NCBI GenBank assembly: GCA_012295275.1
Contig: CM022670.1
Coordinates: 23,312,001-23,376,000, forward strand
DNA from: Chrysomallon squamiferum
Lineage: Eukaryota; Animalia; Mollusca
Direction of reading: 5' to 3'
Length of the DNA: 64,000 bases
The notes under the pieces are model-generated. The model was not told where the DNA came from and made no database searches. It was given only the letters and a program-made list of their open reading frames with translations. The position numbers and the translations under genes are program-made. Positions 1 to 13,788 of the stretch are shown here, piece after piece. How positions within the stretch are numbered: the stretch's first letter is position 1; each line of letters begins with the position of its first letter.

Positions 1-269
1 ACAAATGGTTACACGCAATGGCTAACCTACGAACACGAATTTGCTTTTCTCAGAAGATCTAAATATACTGGTATATCCATCCACGAGGGATTCACATGCC
101 GATGGTTGATCTTTAACCTTGTATCTCTTGAGTAATATCCCTCCTTACTTCCTTAGCCATGATGCATCGGAGGATAATAATATTAATCCATTTTCCGTGT
201 ATTTCTCTATTTTCACGCCTCATTGGCCAACTGGCGAAGATTGAGATTGGAATGACTCTGCGTAAGATT

Positions 270-445
270 GATGATTTTGCCTCATTGTGGTCCATGGACG
301 AATAATGGCGGCTGCTATTAGATGGATCATTACGACATACCGACCTCGGATCTATCACCGTCAGACAACAAAGAGTCAAAGAAGGCGCTGTATACAACAG
401 TAATTAACTTCCTACGGGACTGTAATGTTTACGCTGGACTGAACG
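270..445 (+). mobile_element. Possible degenerate 3' end of a non-LTR retrotransposon ORF2
   Basis: One frame reads ...DLSPSDNKESKKALYTTVINFLRDCNVYAGL, which recalls the 'v..FL...g.y..l' C-terminus of I/Nimb/Ingi-type LINE proteins. Upstream, ILPHCGPW occurs in another frame, with stops and shifts. This is pattern resemblance only. Confidence 0.25.
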
Positions 446-1939
446 TCTTTGCAGCACTTCTCGGACAAAACAGAAAAGAAAATTGTGGTACCATAATACG
501 AAAGTGATGCTGGAAAAGAATTTGCATATACATTGTTCTTGCTGATAACGAAACGTCATACAAATGAAAAGATTTTAAAATGACTCAGAATATTAAGTTA
601 TGTGTTTCAATGGAACAAAAGTCATTTATTTCTTCTTCTTTTTTTTCTCTCCATTATTGAGCAAAACGCTTTTGAGTGAGATCAAATATCGCGGTCTTTC
701 CTTTTTGCAAAATGGTTATAAAATGTAACCATTAAGCTAAAATGGAAAACTTCTCTTGTAAAACCATTGTCGGAAGGACGATATAATTTATTACCATCTT
801 GCTCTGTTTCATAGCATCTTTTCGTGATCTGAAAGTGTTCATTATTCATTGACATAAAACAGAATCAGAGGGTCGTAAATTATTACATGCTGGACAAAAA
901 TCGTTTTCGGCTGCGTTCTTTTTTCATAACGGCGCCAAATCATTTTCTTTGGGAAACCTTATTAAATCGAAGCCCTCATTTTTTCCAGTGTGTACACAAG
1001 ACTTCCAGCAGACGTTGCTTATGAGTTTAAGGATTTCTCCGAGGGGACATTTGTGGCGGTGTAGATTTTAACGATCTTTTTTCTTTCTTTCTTTTTTTTC
1101 AAAACGAAAGAGATGATAACAGATTCTGAATGATTCAATGATGTCGACAGCAGTTTCTTGTTCAAACAAGATCTTTAACTTGTAATAGTCCCAAAGGAAG
1201 TCGCTAAGGTGCTTTAAATAGAATCAGTTACAGATGGACAACATATCCTCTCTTCTGTCCATTTCTATAGGAAGATGTTTGCCTGGGGCAATTACAGTAT
1301 TGAACAGCGTTCTGCTGCCGTCCTGGTAAGAAACCCTTCTACTCCAAAAGAGATTGACAGACAACATAGCCTGATGGATTCCTCTTTTTACCAAGCTAAA
1401 TGTCGTGCTAGTTAATCTGGTATTTTTTCTTCAGACCTGCCTCGTCTTTGGTCAGCTTTGCATTTGGATTTATTTGATCAGGTTGATCTTGAAGCGCTGA
1501 CTAACACTGTGAAGATGCTTGCATTGAGCGGCTTGTCTCATTACATAGATCAAAAACGTACGAATCTCAACATGGTCAATATTTTGCAGACACTCTTCGC
1601 ATTCTCAGCTTCATTAGATTAACGAACATAGTGAAAGAAATGTAGGCTTATCATTGATCGTTGTTTTGAAGATGTTTTGCTTTTCTCTTACTGAAATCTA
1701 CAATTTTCTAACAGTGGCAAAAATCCAAACCAGTAATAACCCCGACACAAAGAAAGATAAAATAGAATTTAATATATTTTTTTTTACTTCAGAATGATCC
1801 TGTAGATACATGCATATATCGTCTTAAATATTTCCATACATTCCAGTTATTTTTGCAAGTTTTAAAATTTTTGTTAAATTAAAAATGTTTTTTTGCTCAT
1901 AATAAAATAACAACAAGAAAAACAACAAGAACAATAATA

Positions 1940-1966
1940 ACAATAATGATGATGATGATGATGATG

Positions 1967-2043
<77 letters not shown>
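1940..2043. repeat. Compound (GAT)n/(AATGAT)n/(AAT)n microsatellite
   Basis: Tandem trinucleotides are directly visible and explain the poly-M/I/L/S ORFs here. Confidence 0.95.
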
Positions 2044-2044
<1 letters not shown>

Positions 2045-3782
2045 TTTTATTTACAATTTTTAATAATTTCAATACCAAAATTCGCAAAGATATATTTACA
2101 ACAAAATCAAAATATCTCTAATAATAACGTCTGTGCTTCTTTTTTTTTACTTTTTTTCTGTTCTATAATTAAATATTACTCAGCAGATTACTCAGACCTT
2201 CATTTCTTTATTTCATTTGACCATTGACCATCTGCTATAAATGTTAATATCATTCATCTGAATAAATATCTCATTTACATTTAATTTTCGAATTTCTGAC
2301 ATGGCAACGAAATAAATATATCTGATGATGTTTGCAGACAGCCAGGGTGTTTGTCTATACAATTCAACTTGGTTTATCGTTTATAACTGGGACAGATGAC
2401 CACCTGTGGACTTTGTTCAGATAATCTGCAACAGATGCTCGGCTTTTCCCTGGGACTAATTATCCAGCGGTCTTTGTTGACCGAATAAACTCATTTTCCT
2501 TGGAAAAGTAATACTTTTAAACCTGTTATCATTCCCATCTCGCAAGCCCAGCCACACGAATAAATCGACATGTTCACAGAAAAATCAACACCAACTGATA
2601 CTTTTCAATTTATTGACTGTTTGGCCTATTCACGACGCAGAAGGATTCTAACCGCAACCGAAAGTGGATTAAGAATAGGGACCACCGTCTTGTGAAAAGA
2701 AGTTTTTACTCGGTACGGATGCAGCAAGACGAAAAGAAAAAAAAAATCTATTGAATGATCCCTTACCGACGCCTTTCGGGGCGAATTAATTTATTGAAGG
2801 AAAATCTGGTGTTAAATATAGACACCGACGAAAGCTGTCAGTTATTTTGAAAAGAACTTCCTGTGTATTATGGAAGGGGTCTTTTTACTCGGCTCGAAAT
2901 TACGCTGCTTCTTCCTTCGTTCCCATTAATCCCACAACGACCTTTCGCTCACCGGCAGAACCAATCGATAAAGACAACATCATAACCAACTGATCATCGC
3001 CAGCATCGACTTTAATTTCTTGCTTAACAAGCTTGTATAGGAATCTTCGCCAGCGCCTCTCTCGGCCGTCCCCCCTAATTCCACTACAGCACTGTTATGG
3101 TCATTTGTGAGACTCGGCAATCCATCACCACGCTGTATGAAAAAGTTAACAAGAATAACGAGAAATAAGTGGGCGAATTTCGAATCATTTCACATGCATG
3201 GCTTTTCGCAAGATGATACGATTTGCAAGCAATCTCCGATCGGGAATTCTCTTTACTGTCTGAAGGTAGAATTCGCTATGCTACACTTCATCCTATTTTC
3301 TAGGAGGAGAGAGTGATAAAAAAACAGGAAAGAAAAAAAAAACGAGCCGCATCTTAGCAAATTAAGATGTGTTCATTTACCTTCATAAATGTCTCAAGTG
3401 ATGACAAATAAGAAAATCGACACAAATGTCTGAGCAGAATGGAGTTATTTCACAAGGGTAGAGTGGTCTCAGAATTAAATTGTAATCATATTGTTTCCAC
3501 AGCGTTGATGAACTATCTTTTCACCAATAAAAAACAAATATATCTTTTTGATAAATGTTAACAATATTACATGCACTTGAAGTCAGGTTATAATACATTG
3601 TCATGCGTTTTCTTCCAATATTAAATATTTTTTGAATAAATTTTTATAATTTTTTTTCAAAATAAACCAAAGTCAGCTTGTAAAATTTTAATGAATATAT
3701 CCTTAATCCTAATAAAAAACCAACAAAAAAACCCCAAAACAAATCAACAAAAAACAACATCATAATTTTAAAACAATAACAA

Positions 3783-3841
<59 letters not shown>
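3783..3841. repeat. (AAT)n microsatellite
   Basis: Directly visible. Confidence 0.95.
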
Positions 3842-3844
<3 letters not shown>

Positions 3845-4388
3845 TGATGGTAATAATAAAATTTAAAAAAAAAGGTTCCTATAGATCATATGCAAAAAAA
3901 AAAAAGATTAAAATAATTTTTATCATAGAAAACTTGGAACATCTTTATATGCCTAAATTTACAAATTATCAATGAAGCGGGAATTTTGGACAGCTGATGT
4001 GCTTCAGATAATGACAAAGCAGTTTCCTAGTTTCGTTCTAAGCTTACGTGAGCCGACAATCTCACTAAAACGAATGCTTATCAAGAAATATTGGCAATTT
4101 TGATTCGAGGCGTTAAAATGAGTATGTCCTTTCACGCGAGCTGGTAATCACCATTCAGGGAGACAAGGTTTTTTTTTTTCCTTCAAAGATTAGCTTCGAG
4201 AACTCGTATCGATCTGCACGAACTACAGTGGAGTTCCGGATCCAGTGTCTGTTACATGGTATTTAGATGACAAGGACATTCCAGATCGGGATAAAATTAC
4301 CAAGAGTACATACATTCTCATCAGTGATATGTCGGTCATGTAACGAATACGTGAACGTTCTTTGGTTTTATGTTGTCGATATATTTTA

Positions 4389-4391
<3 letters not shown>

Positions 4392-4425
<34 letters not shown>

Positions 4426-4455
4426 TAGTTTATTTATTTATTTATTTATTTATTT
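4392..4455. repeat. (GT)n followed by (TTTA)n microsatellites
   Basis: Directly visible. Confidence 0.9.
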
Positions 4456-5540
4456 CATAAAGAAGAACAATTTTATATCTATCAACAAACACTGATTTCA
4501 ACATTTTGCCATTTGCTTTAGCATTGTATTTATGGGTGATATAATTTTTTTTTTTTTTTTTTTTTTTTTTCAGTATGTTAAAAATATTTGAAATTTGAGA
4601 ATGCTGAAATTAACTTTTTTTTTTTTTTTTTTTTTTTTAAACCATAACACTTTTTTTCTGTGTTTCTCAGACCAAGATAAAAATTTATCTCTTGAGGCAA
4701 GTTGTGTGACAAATCCGCCTTTTCTATTAAACTTAGCATGAAATTACGAAGTTGAAAGGAAGTATGCACAGTCTGAACCGCAGAGGAAACAGGAAATCTT
4801 TCCCTTTTCAACTGGCAGAAATTTAAAATAAGACGAAGTTGCACGTATTAACCCAACGTGATGATGTAAACCATATTTTAAATGTTTTTCCTCTCTCTCC
4901 CCAGGGTCTGCTGTGTTTTTTAACTTCAGCATATTTAATTAGTCACTTGGATTCGTCTTTTGACCAGCCAGGCCGAGTACATGTCTACTCAGCTGGGAAA
5001 ACGTGAACAAATCTTGTCAGATACGATCTCCGTTATACATAAATAATGTTTTTTTTTTTTTTTTTATTATATTTTATTTTTTAATTTTTTTTTTTTTTTT
5101 TATAAAAAAACCATACATTTCAAAGATAAGCAACACTGACATTTTTATTTCTTCTTTTTCCGGTTGTTTTTTCTTTCTCTAATTTTCTGGAAATAATTTC
5201 TTTGGTTTATGAATGTCTGATTTTCATCATGCAAGTCACACACATTAACGATTAAATCTGCTGTCTTGCAACATCTGTACTCGTTGTTTAGAACAGAGAT
5301 TAAGAATAAGTAAATACAGGTGTTACTCGACTACACTATCTTTTATATTGTCAACCTTAGTGCTCGTGGTCCTGTCAGAAACTCGAATTTATGATTAATC
5401 TGAATTATTAAAAATAAAAATTAAACTTTTTTTTTTTTTTTTTTTTTCATTTCTTAAAGAATACTTTTATCGTTATAATCTAGATCAAATAAAATAAATA
5501 TCTACAAATGCATGCTGTAACAAGAAGAAGAAGAACAACA

Positions 5541-5542
<2 letters not shown>

Positions 5543-5602
<60 letters not shown>
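5543..5602. repeat. (AAT)n microsatellite
   Basis: Directly visible. Confidence 0.95.
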
Positions 5603-8600
5603 CGTTAGCATCACCATTATCATTATCAACATCCTAATAATAATTTGTTTATGGTATTTGTTAGTGACGTCAAAATATATGCAGTGCAGAAATGATCTCT
5701 GAAAGTAATTTTAGCGAACACGATATTATTTCTAAATCTTTATATTAACATAAATCCACGACCCAAATTAACTCTACTGAAATCAGATTCGATGGGCGGT
5801 ATCGATCAACCTTTTTACCAAGTTGCAGGAAAAAAATATGTTAAAAAGCCCAAAAGACCATTTAGAATTATATGTCAACAAATAAAGCTATATATATTTC
5901 TTTTTTATTTTTTATTTTATTTTTATGGGGTCTTAATCATCATGAAAATCTGCAAAGGGGTGGTATTACAATTTATCCCAACGAGATATAAATACCGTGG
6001 GAATGTTCCATTGAAAATAAGCAGTGCATATAATAAGGGATGTAAACAGTGATATTCTGATTTCATAGCTAAATAAATAGTAAAGAAATTCAGTCTTGTC
6101 AAAACACAATTATCGAGGGCAGTTCTGTTTGAAGGACTGAAACCTGATAGGCCGGTAAATGGTTTCAGGTCGCTGACGATGTCTTTCGGTCTGTTGACCC
6201 CATTACTGACCAGTTAGTGACCAGTATGTGTCAAAATTACCTTCGTAAATTGATGTTTTAATTACGATTATGAATACCTCCAAAGCATGGAAATAATGTT
6301 ATAATAATAAAATATTTTATTAATATTTTTATTATATTTTATGTATTATCATTTTGAGTGAAAAAAGTTTTCGTCACAAATCAACATTTCGATAATACAT
6401 AATCATTTTTTTTTTTTAAATCTAAATGAAGTTCAGAAACCTAACCAGATTTCTGCTTGAAATTATTTACGCATTATTTATTTCACTAATGCAGCGAAAA
6501 ACCAGCAAGAAAAAAAACCAAACAAAAACATCAGCTTCTTCCATGCTACTTCGGGAATGTTGATGCTTAACTGGTGTATCTGTTCTGATGCATGCATTCC
6601 TTTAGTCAAATTTTGCGGCTGAAGACATTTTAATTTAAAAAAGAAAATAAATAAACGTGCAGGAAAAATGAAGAAGCATAAAACGAATTAAAAAAAAAAG
6701 GATAATCTTTTAAACATTACAAACATTGGTAATGAGGCGATTGTGCTTACTGAATGTTATTTAACGGTCTAATACACGATTTCTGCTTCACTTTCATCAC
6801 CCAGTCATTTTCCTTTAGCCAACGGTTTTATTAATTTGACTGGTTCCCCGTCGAGTGTGATAGATGTCTCTATTGGTACCTACAGAGGCGTATTGTGCTC
6901 GTGTCTCCAGTGCTTCTCATCATGTGACAGTGATGGATGTTGGTAAACAAAACCTTTGTCAGCTATTTGTATTTCTTAAATGTTGTGGGCTTGGAATTAC
7001 CGGTTTCTCAGTCTGACAACATTCAGGGTTCGGCGCGGCCAATAACAGCAATATCTGAACGATGATAATATTCTTTTTGCGCCACTGAAATTGTGATCAC
7101 GACTTTAATTTGAAATTAATGGAGTGTGATCCCGCAGGGCTTCTAAATGGCCGCCCAGAGTTATTGGTCAGGCAAAGGTGGTCGTGACTCGTGGCTGCAG
7201 ACGAAGACGGCCAGAGGAAGGACAAAGCACCTGTCCAACTGGCCAAATTAACTTGCTTGACTGACCAATACGCCCGGAGCTATTTCATCTCAACATCATG
7301 CATGCACTGGTCACTCATAATGTCCACTCACTGCACGTGCGATCTGGCGCTAATGAGAAAAGTGATGGCTTAATTGTCTTTTATGGTCGCACACTAGTAA
7401 AGGGCATCGGTTTCATCAATAAATGTATTTGTTTCTGACATGGAATCTAACACTCGGTAGAATGACATGTAATCTCGATTCCTTTACACGCTGGCAGGAA
7501 TTCCGAGGTGTCAAGAAAAAAAGTAAATGGTATTCTTTTACCCACTCGTATGTGTAATATTTTGAATGGTAGCCATTTGTGGTGTTAAGGTTTTAATTAT
7601 GTTTGTTGTTGCTGTTTCCAATAACTGTTATATTAAAGTGTTATATATTCAAATACATTGTACGTCAAACGACATTATTGTTTTGTGGCTGGGATTTCAT
7701 GCAATACTGAATTAGGTGCTGACAAATGATCTAATTTAAATAATGTAACGAAACCGGGATAAGACTGTTTCAGGACAGATCCACCACTTGAAAAAGTATT
7801 GAGCCGTCATAGTGAAGGATGTATTTGCTGAAAATGAAACAAGTTTCTTCACCAAGAAAAAAAAACCGCATAAAATAAACCCAAAGACACTGGAACAGAT
7901 CACCCACACATTTCTCAGTGGAAAAAAAAAAAAATAATAATAAAATAAAAATTAACAAATCCACTTTGAACAGAAGATATTAGAATATCTCTTAACTGAT
8001 GCAAACAACTCCTTTCTGCATCAATCATACATTTGTCCTTGATCAAATCGAGCAGCTAACAAAGTATAACGAAAAGTTCATTCAATTTCTGATGAAGAAA
8101 TCTCTTTGCTTATTGCCTCGTTATATTTCACTTTATTTTCTACAAATCTAATTGCGGTCTCGTTATCGCTCTCTGCGTGTGCCTTGATTAACTGCAATAT
8201 AAATTATTTTCTAGTCCTCGCAGTTACCAAACTCGGTGCTTTAATTTTATACAATTATTATGAATGGTAATTCTCTACATGTTAAAAACTATGAATCTGT
8301 GGCCAGTAAGATACAGTTAATGGTATGGAATAGAATATTTTAAAGTACAGTCACTGGGTTTTACTTAGGCGAAATCTTAACTACTTTTATTTAATGCATT
8401 CCAATCTAACAAGAAAAAAAGAAGAAAAAAAAAAAAAAAAAGAAGAAGCAGAGTAACAACATTTCCAGTTTTACAGTTATTTGTAAGTTTACAAAGTGTA
8501 TTTTTATTTTATTTTATTGTTATTACTGTTTGTAAAGCTAGCAGAATTAACTTCTAAATGATTTAAAAGTGTCTGTAATTTTGTTATACTTGATGGAGTT

Positions 8601-10267
8601 CGACCGTTACAAGTTTGAAAACATCTTCCACCCTCAGGATCAAATGACTTCTATTTGACTTAACTGAAAAACACATTAAAATTAACACTAACATAAAAAA
8701 AGAAATCTTGATTTTTCATCTCATTACCTAATACAATTTTATATTACTCTCTCTTCAGTATCTACACTTCAGTTTTTATGATTTAGCCTATCGGAAATTG
8801 CACTGTCTCACAATTAAATTACTCTGTCTGCATTTGAAAATGTAGATAATTATTTGAATTAGATGATAAATCTTTGGCTGGATTCTGTCGATCTGGAAAC
8901 AACGCCAGTATTTGGGGCTATGTAGGGTTCCACGACCCTCCCCGTTTTCTCATTCTAAAGGGAACGGTAAGTGGAAATATAAAAAGCTGACCAAGAAAAC
9001 GAAAGCATATCAGGTCTTGTTGGATTGGAAAAGCTTCCGGACAGCTGTAATAACATCGTGTTGTTTCTGTTACAGCCCTCTCTGACAGACAAGGAAATAA
9101 CACAGAATCTTCGGAACGATATTTGTTTCTAGTCTACCTATTTTCGTTAATACCTTTAAGTCGTACAGCCAAACATTATTTCAGTAAGGTGTTTCACCAC
9201 ATGGCGTGGTTTTAAAGAGACATATTTTGTAACAGTTTGACTGTAATTGGAAGTTTCTAGCATTTCTAATGACTATCTCTCTTACTGCAAAACTTTCTGC
9301 TTAACCATGACGTTCTATATTCGTAACACCAGTTTGTACTTTTAAAAAAACTACATTAACTTCATATACAGCTAATTATAGGTTACCAGTAACCTGTCAG
9401 AGAGAGTACGAAAGCTGTAACTAAAACAGATTAGCAGTGTGTGTATCTGTGTATGCTGGTTTGTGTGTGTGTGTGTTAAACTGTTAATCAGGCATCTGTG
9501 ATATTTATATTTACTTTAGAAATTATTTTAAGCTCTTTAACACTAGAGAAACCGTTCTTACAAATATGGCATTCAAATCATTTTAATAATAAGCACATGT
9601 TTCATTTCCTGTGTATGCTACTTGAATCAGACTCGTTGAATTAATCAGTGCTGCAATGGTTAAAGAGTTGTATCTTTACAACATATTGCACACCACGGTG
9701 AATGGTTCATTGTGATCCGAATAGGCAGATATTCCGCAGATGTTGCAATGTTAAGAGGCCGGATTCTGTGGGTTTTTGTTGACAAATCGCCCCGTGATAC
9801 TTTTGAAATGTTCATCGCTTTGCCTACCTTTACACAAATAGATGGTCACGACGCAGGGAGTCTCCGCATGAACCTCAGTTTAAGCTAGTTATCTGCTATT
9901 AAATGCACGTAACATCTGTTGTATCCGGTTATTTTCGGTGCATTATACAGCCTTTAGCGATAATCTAGAATCATCTTCAAAAATTATATTCCGGCCAGTA
10001 AAAGAAGAACGCATTTGACACCAATGTTCAGGGCACCCGCGGTGTCCTCTGGGCTAGAAAAGAACAGAACCACAAACTGCAATCTGGTTGGGTGTTTTTT
10101 TGGCATAACAGCTGAAAAAGTAGATGGTTAATGTTGAAATGAACACGTGTTTACCGAGTTTAAATATTTGGGTGTAGGTAAGCTGTTAAACGAATTTTAA
10201 GAAAAGAGGTTGTTGTGTGTGTTCTGTTCGAAAGCAAAGATTTCAGTTCCCGTTATTGTCATTGTTC

Positions 10268-10362
<95 letters not shown>
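10268..10362. repeat. (GTT)n microsatellite
   Basis: Directly visible; source of the poly-V and poly-C ORFs. Confidence 0.95.
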
Positions 10363-10363
<1 letters not shown>

Positions 10364-11799
10364 CGTCATTGTTGTTGTTTTTTATGTGAAGTTTTCTTTT
10401 ATGCAGGGGTTTTTTGGTGTTGTTTTTTTTTCTATCTTTTTTAAATTTGAGCTTATACTGTTATAGAGTCGATTCATCCATTAAAATAATAAATAATAAT
10501 AATAATAACAACAACAACAACACAGTATCAGACAGGTACACGTACCTATAAGTTGTAGTCTTTAAAAGTACATAGATTTTAAACTTAATCGATTTCTCAC
10601 CGAACTCTTTAACTTTCGGCAAAATCCGTATTAGTTTCCATGATGATTCATAAGTACAAGAATACACACGCTTGGATATTCGCTGATTCTGATCAGTTTT
10701 ATAAAAATAGCTTATTACAATCCTTATGGAATATTTCTGCTGTGAATGAACGCATTCTAATCAATACATTACATAATACAAACAGTTATTCATGCACCGA
10801 CTTGCCCATAACCCAAAATTAATAATGATATTCACTGAGCGTGAAATATTCTTTTAAATATTAAAAACGAAATCTGAAGCAATGTTCAATAAACGCAAAT
10901 AAGACGAACAACAAATTAAAAAAAAAAAAAACTTATTTCCCATGCTTTATATTCATAATACTTTTTCAAAATAAATATGAATGTTATATGTAAATTCATA
11001 AATTAGAAAAATAAGAAATAAACAGAAAATAAGAGTAATTTTATGCTGTTATAAAAAAAAAAAAAAAAAAAAAAAAATCATCGTCTTAAAAAATTACTAA
11101 AGGCTAAAAGTACAGGAAATATCTATTTATTTTAAAGATTATACATACATACATACATACACACATAATTACATACATATACACATACATATTAAGAAGT
11201 AATTAATTAGTCAGGTAAAACTAAACCGTTTTGAAAGCACTGTATACATGACCTTGAACAGGAAAACCTTTAACACAAAAACGCTGGGATATCTGTTGTC
11301 TGTATACACACACATACGTGTGTACAGACATTACACATGAGATATATATACATTTGCTGTTTAAACTTCTGTGTATTGGTTAGTTTGTAAACAAACCCTC
11401 GTGACCTTCATTCATGATTCAATAACTATGGTAACAATAAACCTCAGCACGTGGTTGAGCACTGAGAAAAGTGCTCATTAATACGCTTTACATGGCTGAC
11501 ATATCCGCCATCTATCGGCTGGCCATTGTCGGGCAGCAAGCAGAGCTGTACAGAGATTTGTTCTTCGTGTGTTTTTCCTGCGTTTGTGTCCAACTGCCGA
11601 CTGTTTGCTTACCCATGATCGATTCGCTCGTCTTGTCTTCAGTGACTGGAAGCGTATCATTCTTGATGTACACAGACTGATTTAAGATGGCACCAAGGGC
11701 AAATAATTCAGTAAAAAAAACATTTTTGAAAAACTAGTGTGGATATATCCCGAATGCAGCTAGCTCGTCAGAAAGAAGTATTAAAATGCAAGATATTTT

Positions 11800-11812
11800 T
11801 ATTACTATTATT

Positions 11813-11848
<36 letters not shown>

Positions 11849-11868
11849 ATTGTTGTTATTGTTGTTGT

Positions 11869-11911
<43 letters not shown>

Positions 11912-11929
11912 TATTTTTTTTTTTTTTTT
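11800..11929. repeat. Compound (TTG)n/(TTTA)n/poly-T tract
   Basis: Directly visible. Confidence 0.9.
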
Positions 11930-12679
11930 AAATTTCCAATGCGATTTTGATACTAGCGTTTGAAAGAAAAGATTTAAAAAACAAAATACAAATAAAAACC
12001 CAACCCCCAAAAACCCATATAAAATATTATATATAAAATATTATTTTAATATAATCATTGTATTAGTACATTGCTGCAAGATTTTTATACTGTAAATAAC
12101 ATTGAACGCATTTTCCGGTCTTTGGGAAGACGTAGATTACACAATAACAAATGCAGCAATCCCTCATTCTTCCAAAGCACAAAATACATACATTAATATT
12201 ACAACTCACTGAAGTGATGTTAAATCAATACTTCTTTATTAATCTATTTTTAATGGATACTGAAAAAAAAGAAGAAAAAAATTATAAGCAGAAATCCGTC
12301 ATCTTGGTATTTTCATTTCTTACACAGTTCACTACAAGCTTTTAAACCTGCAAATCATTCAGTATTAACGAGTAGGTATTAATTGATTTTTTCTTTCTAT
12401 CAGGCTTTGTTTCTTCCTCTACTAATTATGGATTTTGGTTTTGTATGTGGTTTATTCGTTTTAATTTGTTCGTATGTAGTAAACACAGAAACAGCTGTTT
12501 CGATGGGTGCGCATTAATTAAGAGAGAAAATTGCATGTCGCACTATAAGAAATACAAACACTCGGTAACCTTTTCTTATCCCAGTGTTTTTGTGCAAAGG
12601 TTTTCCTGTTCAAGGTCATTTGTATAGTGCTTTCAAAACGGTTTGGTTTTACGTGACTAATTAATTACTTCTTAATAAG

Positions 12680-12798
12680 TATGTACGTATGTGTGGGTGT
12701 GGGTGTGGGTGTGTATGTATGTATGTATGTATGTATGTATGTATGTATGTATGTATGTATGTATGCATATAATTATATGTGTATGTATGTATGTATGT
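12680..12798. repeat. (GTGTGG)n/(TATG)n microsatellite
   Basis: Directly visible. Confidence 0.9.
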
Positions 12799-13743
12799 AC
12801 AAACATATGTCTTATTTATTTGTATATATAAATTACTGTTATTATTATTTAGCATATTTATATAGCACATCATTTCCATACAAACTTAATTCACAACCAT
12901 CAGTTTTATTTAAATTTTACTTTTCTGTCAAGTCTGAAAGCAACTCTCTGAAGCACAAAATAATTTTTAGCAGTGAGCAATCCCTTTATTTTACAAGCAT
13001 TGTCAAAAATACAAATAATGATATTTTTATGAGCCGCGGATTACACATGAATATTCTGGAAGTAGTTATTTTAAAATAGGAACAATTGCACCGTGTATCA
13101 GCATCGCTAATCAATGGCCGTGTCATTATGCGGCCTACGTACGTAGGCAACTGCCATTTTTATGTTCTCCAGTATTATTGTGAATATTGAAAAAGAAATC
13201 TTCATGACGGAGGTGACAAGGGAAGTTTTTCCATAATACTGTCAATAAATAACCTTAATGACAATAAACCTTTACACGTGTATGGTTAGCTATCGAACGC
13301 AGAGCTCAATGAGGGCTTCCTAATGAAGCCGCGGCCACGACGGATCGATTTGCTAGATATCTACAGACATACGTCATTTCTGAACAAAAAATCGAAAAAA
13401 CATTTTTCCTAAGCATTTCAGGTTTTTTGATCTTGCTGTAAACAACAAAACAAAGAGAGAGGAAAATTTTTATGTATTTTTGAAAATGGATGGTTGTGTG
13501 CACCTTTCCTTTCCCGTTTCTTTTGTTTGTTTATTTATTTAGTTTTTATTTTTAAGTTATAATCAGTGATGCTTGTGCAGAATGTGATTTATTTTCGGAA
13601 TAAGTAGATGGACTGTCTGACCAGAATAATAATGTCACTAGTCCAGTATGATAACAGTAGTAGTATTTTGTCTTTTTTACCATGAAATACGTGAGCAGAA
13701 ATTTCTTCAAAGAAAGCATTTATGAGACGATTATTTATTTATT

Positions 13744-13788
<45 letters not shown>

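Noticed and set aside
9645-9720. A-box-like TGCAATGGTTAAAGAG as a tRNA or SINE head
   Set aside because: No convincing B-box (GTTCRANNC) and no cloverleaf.
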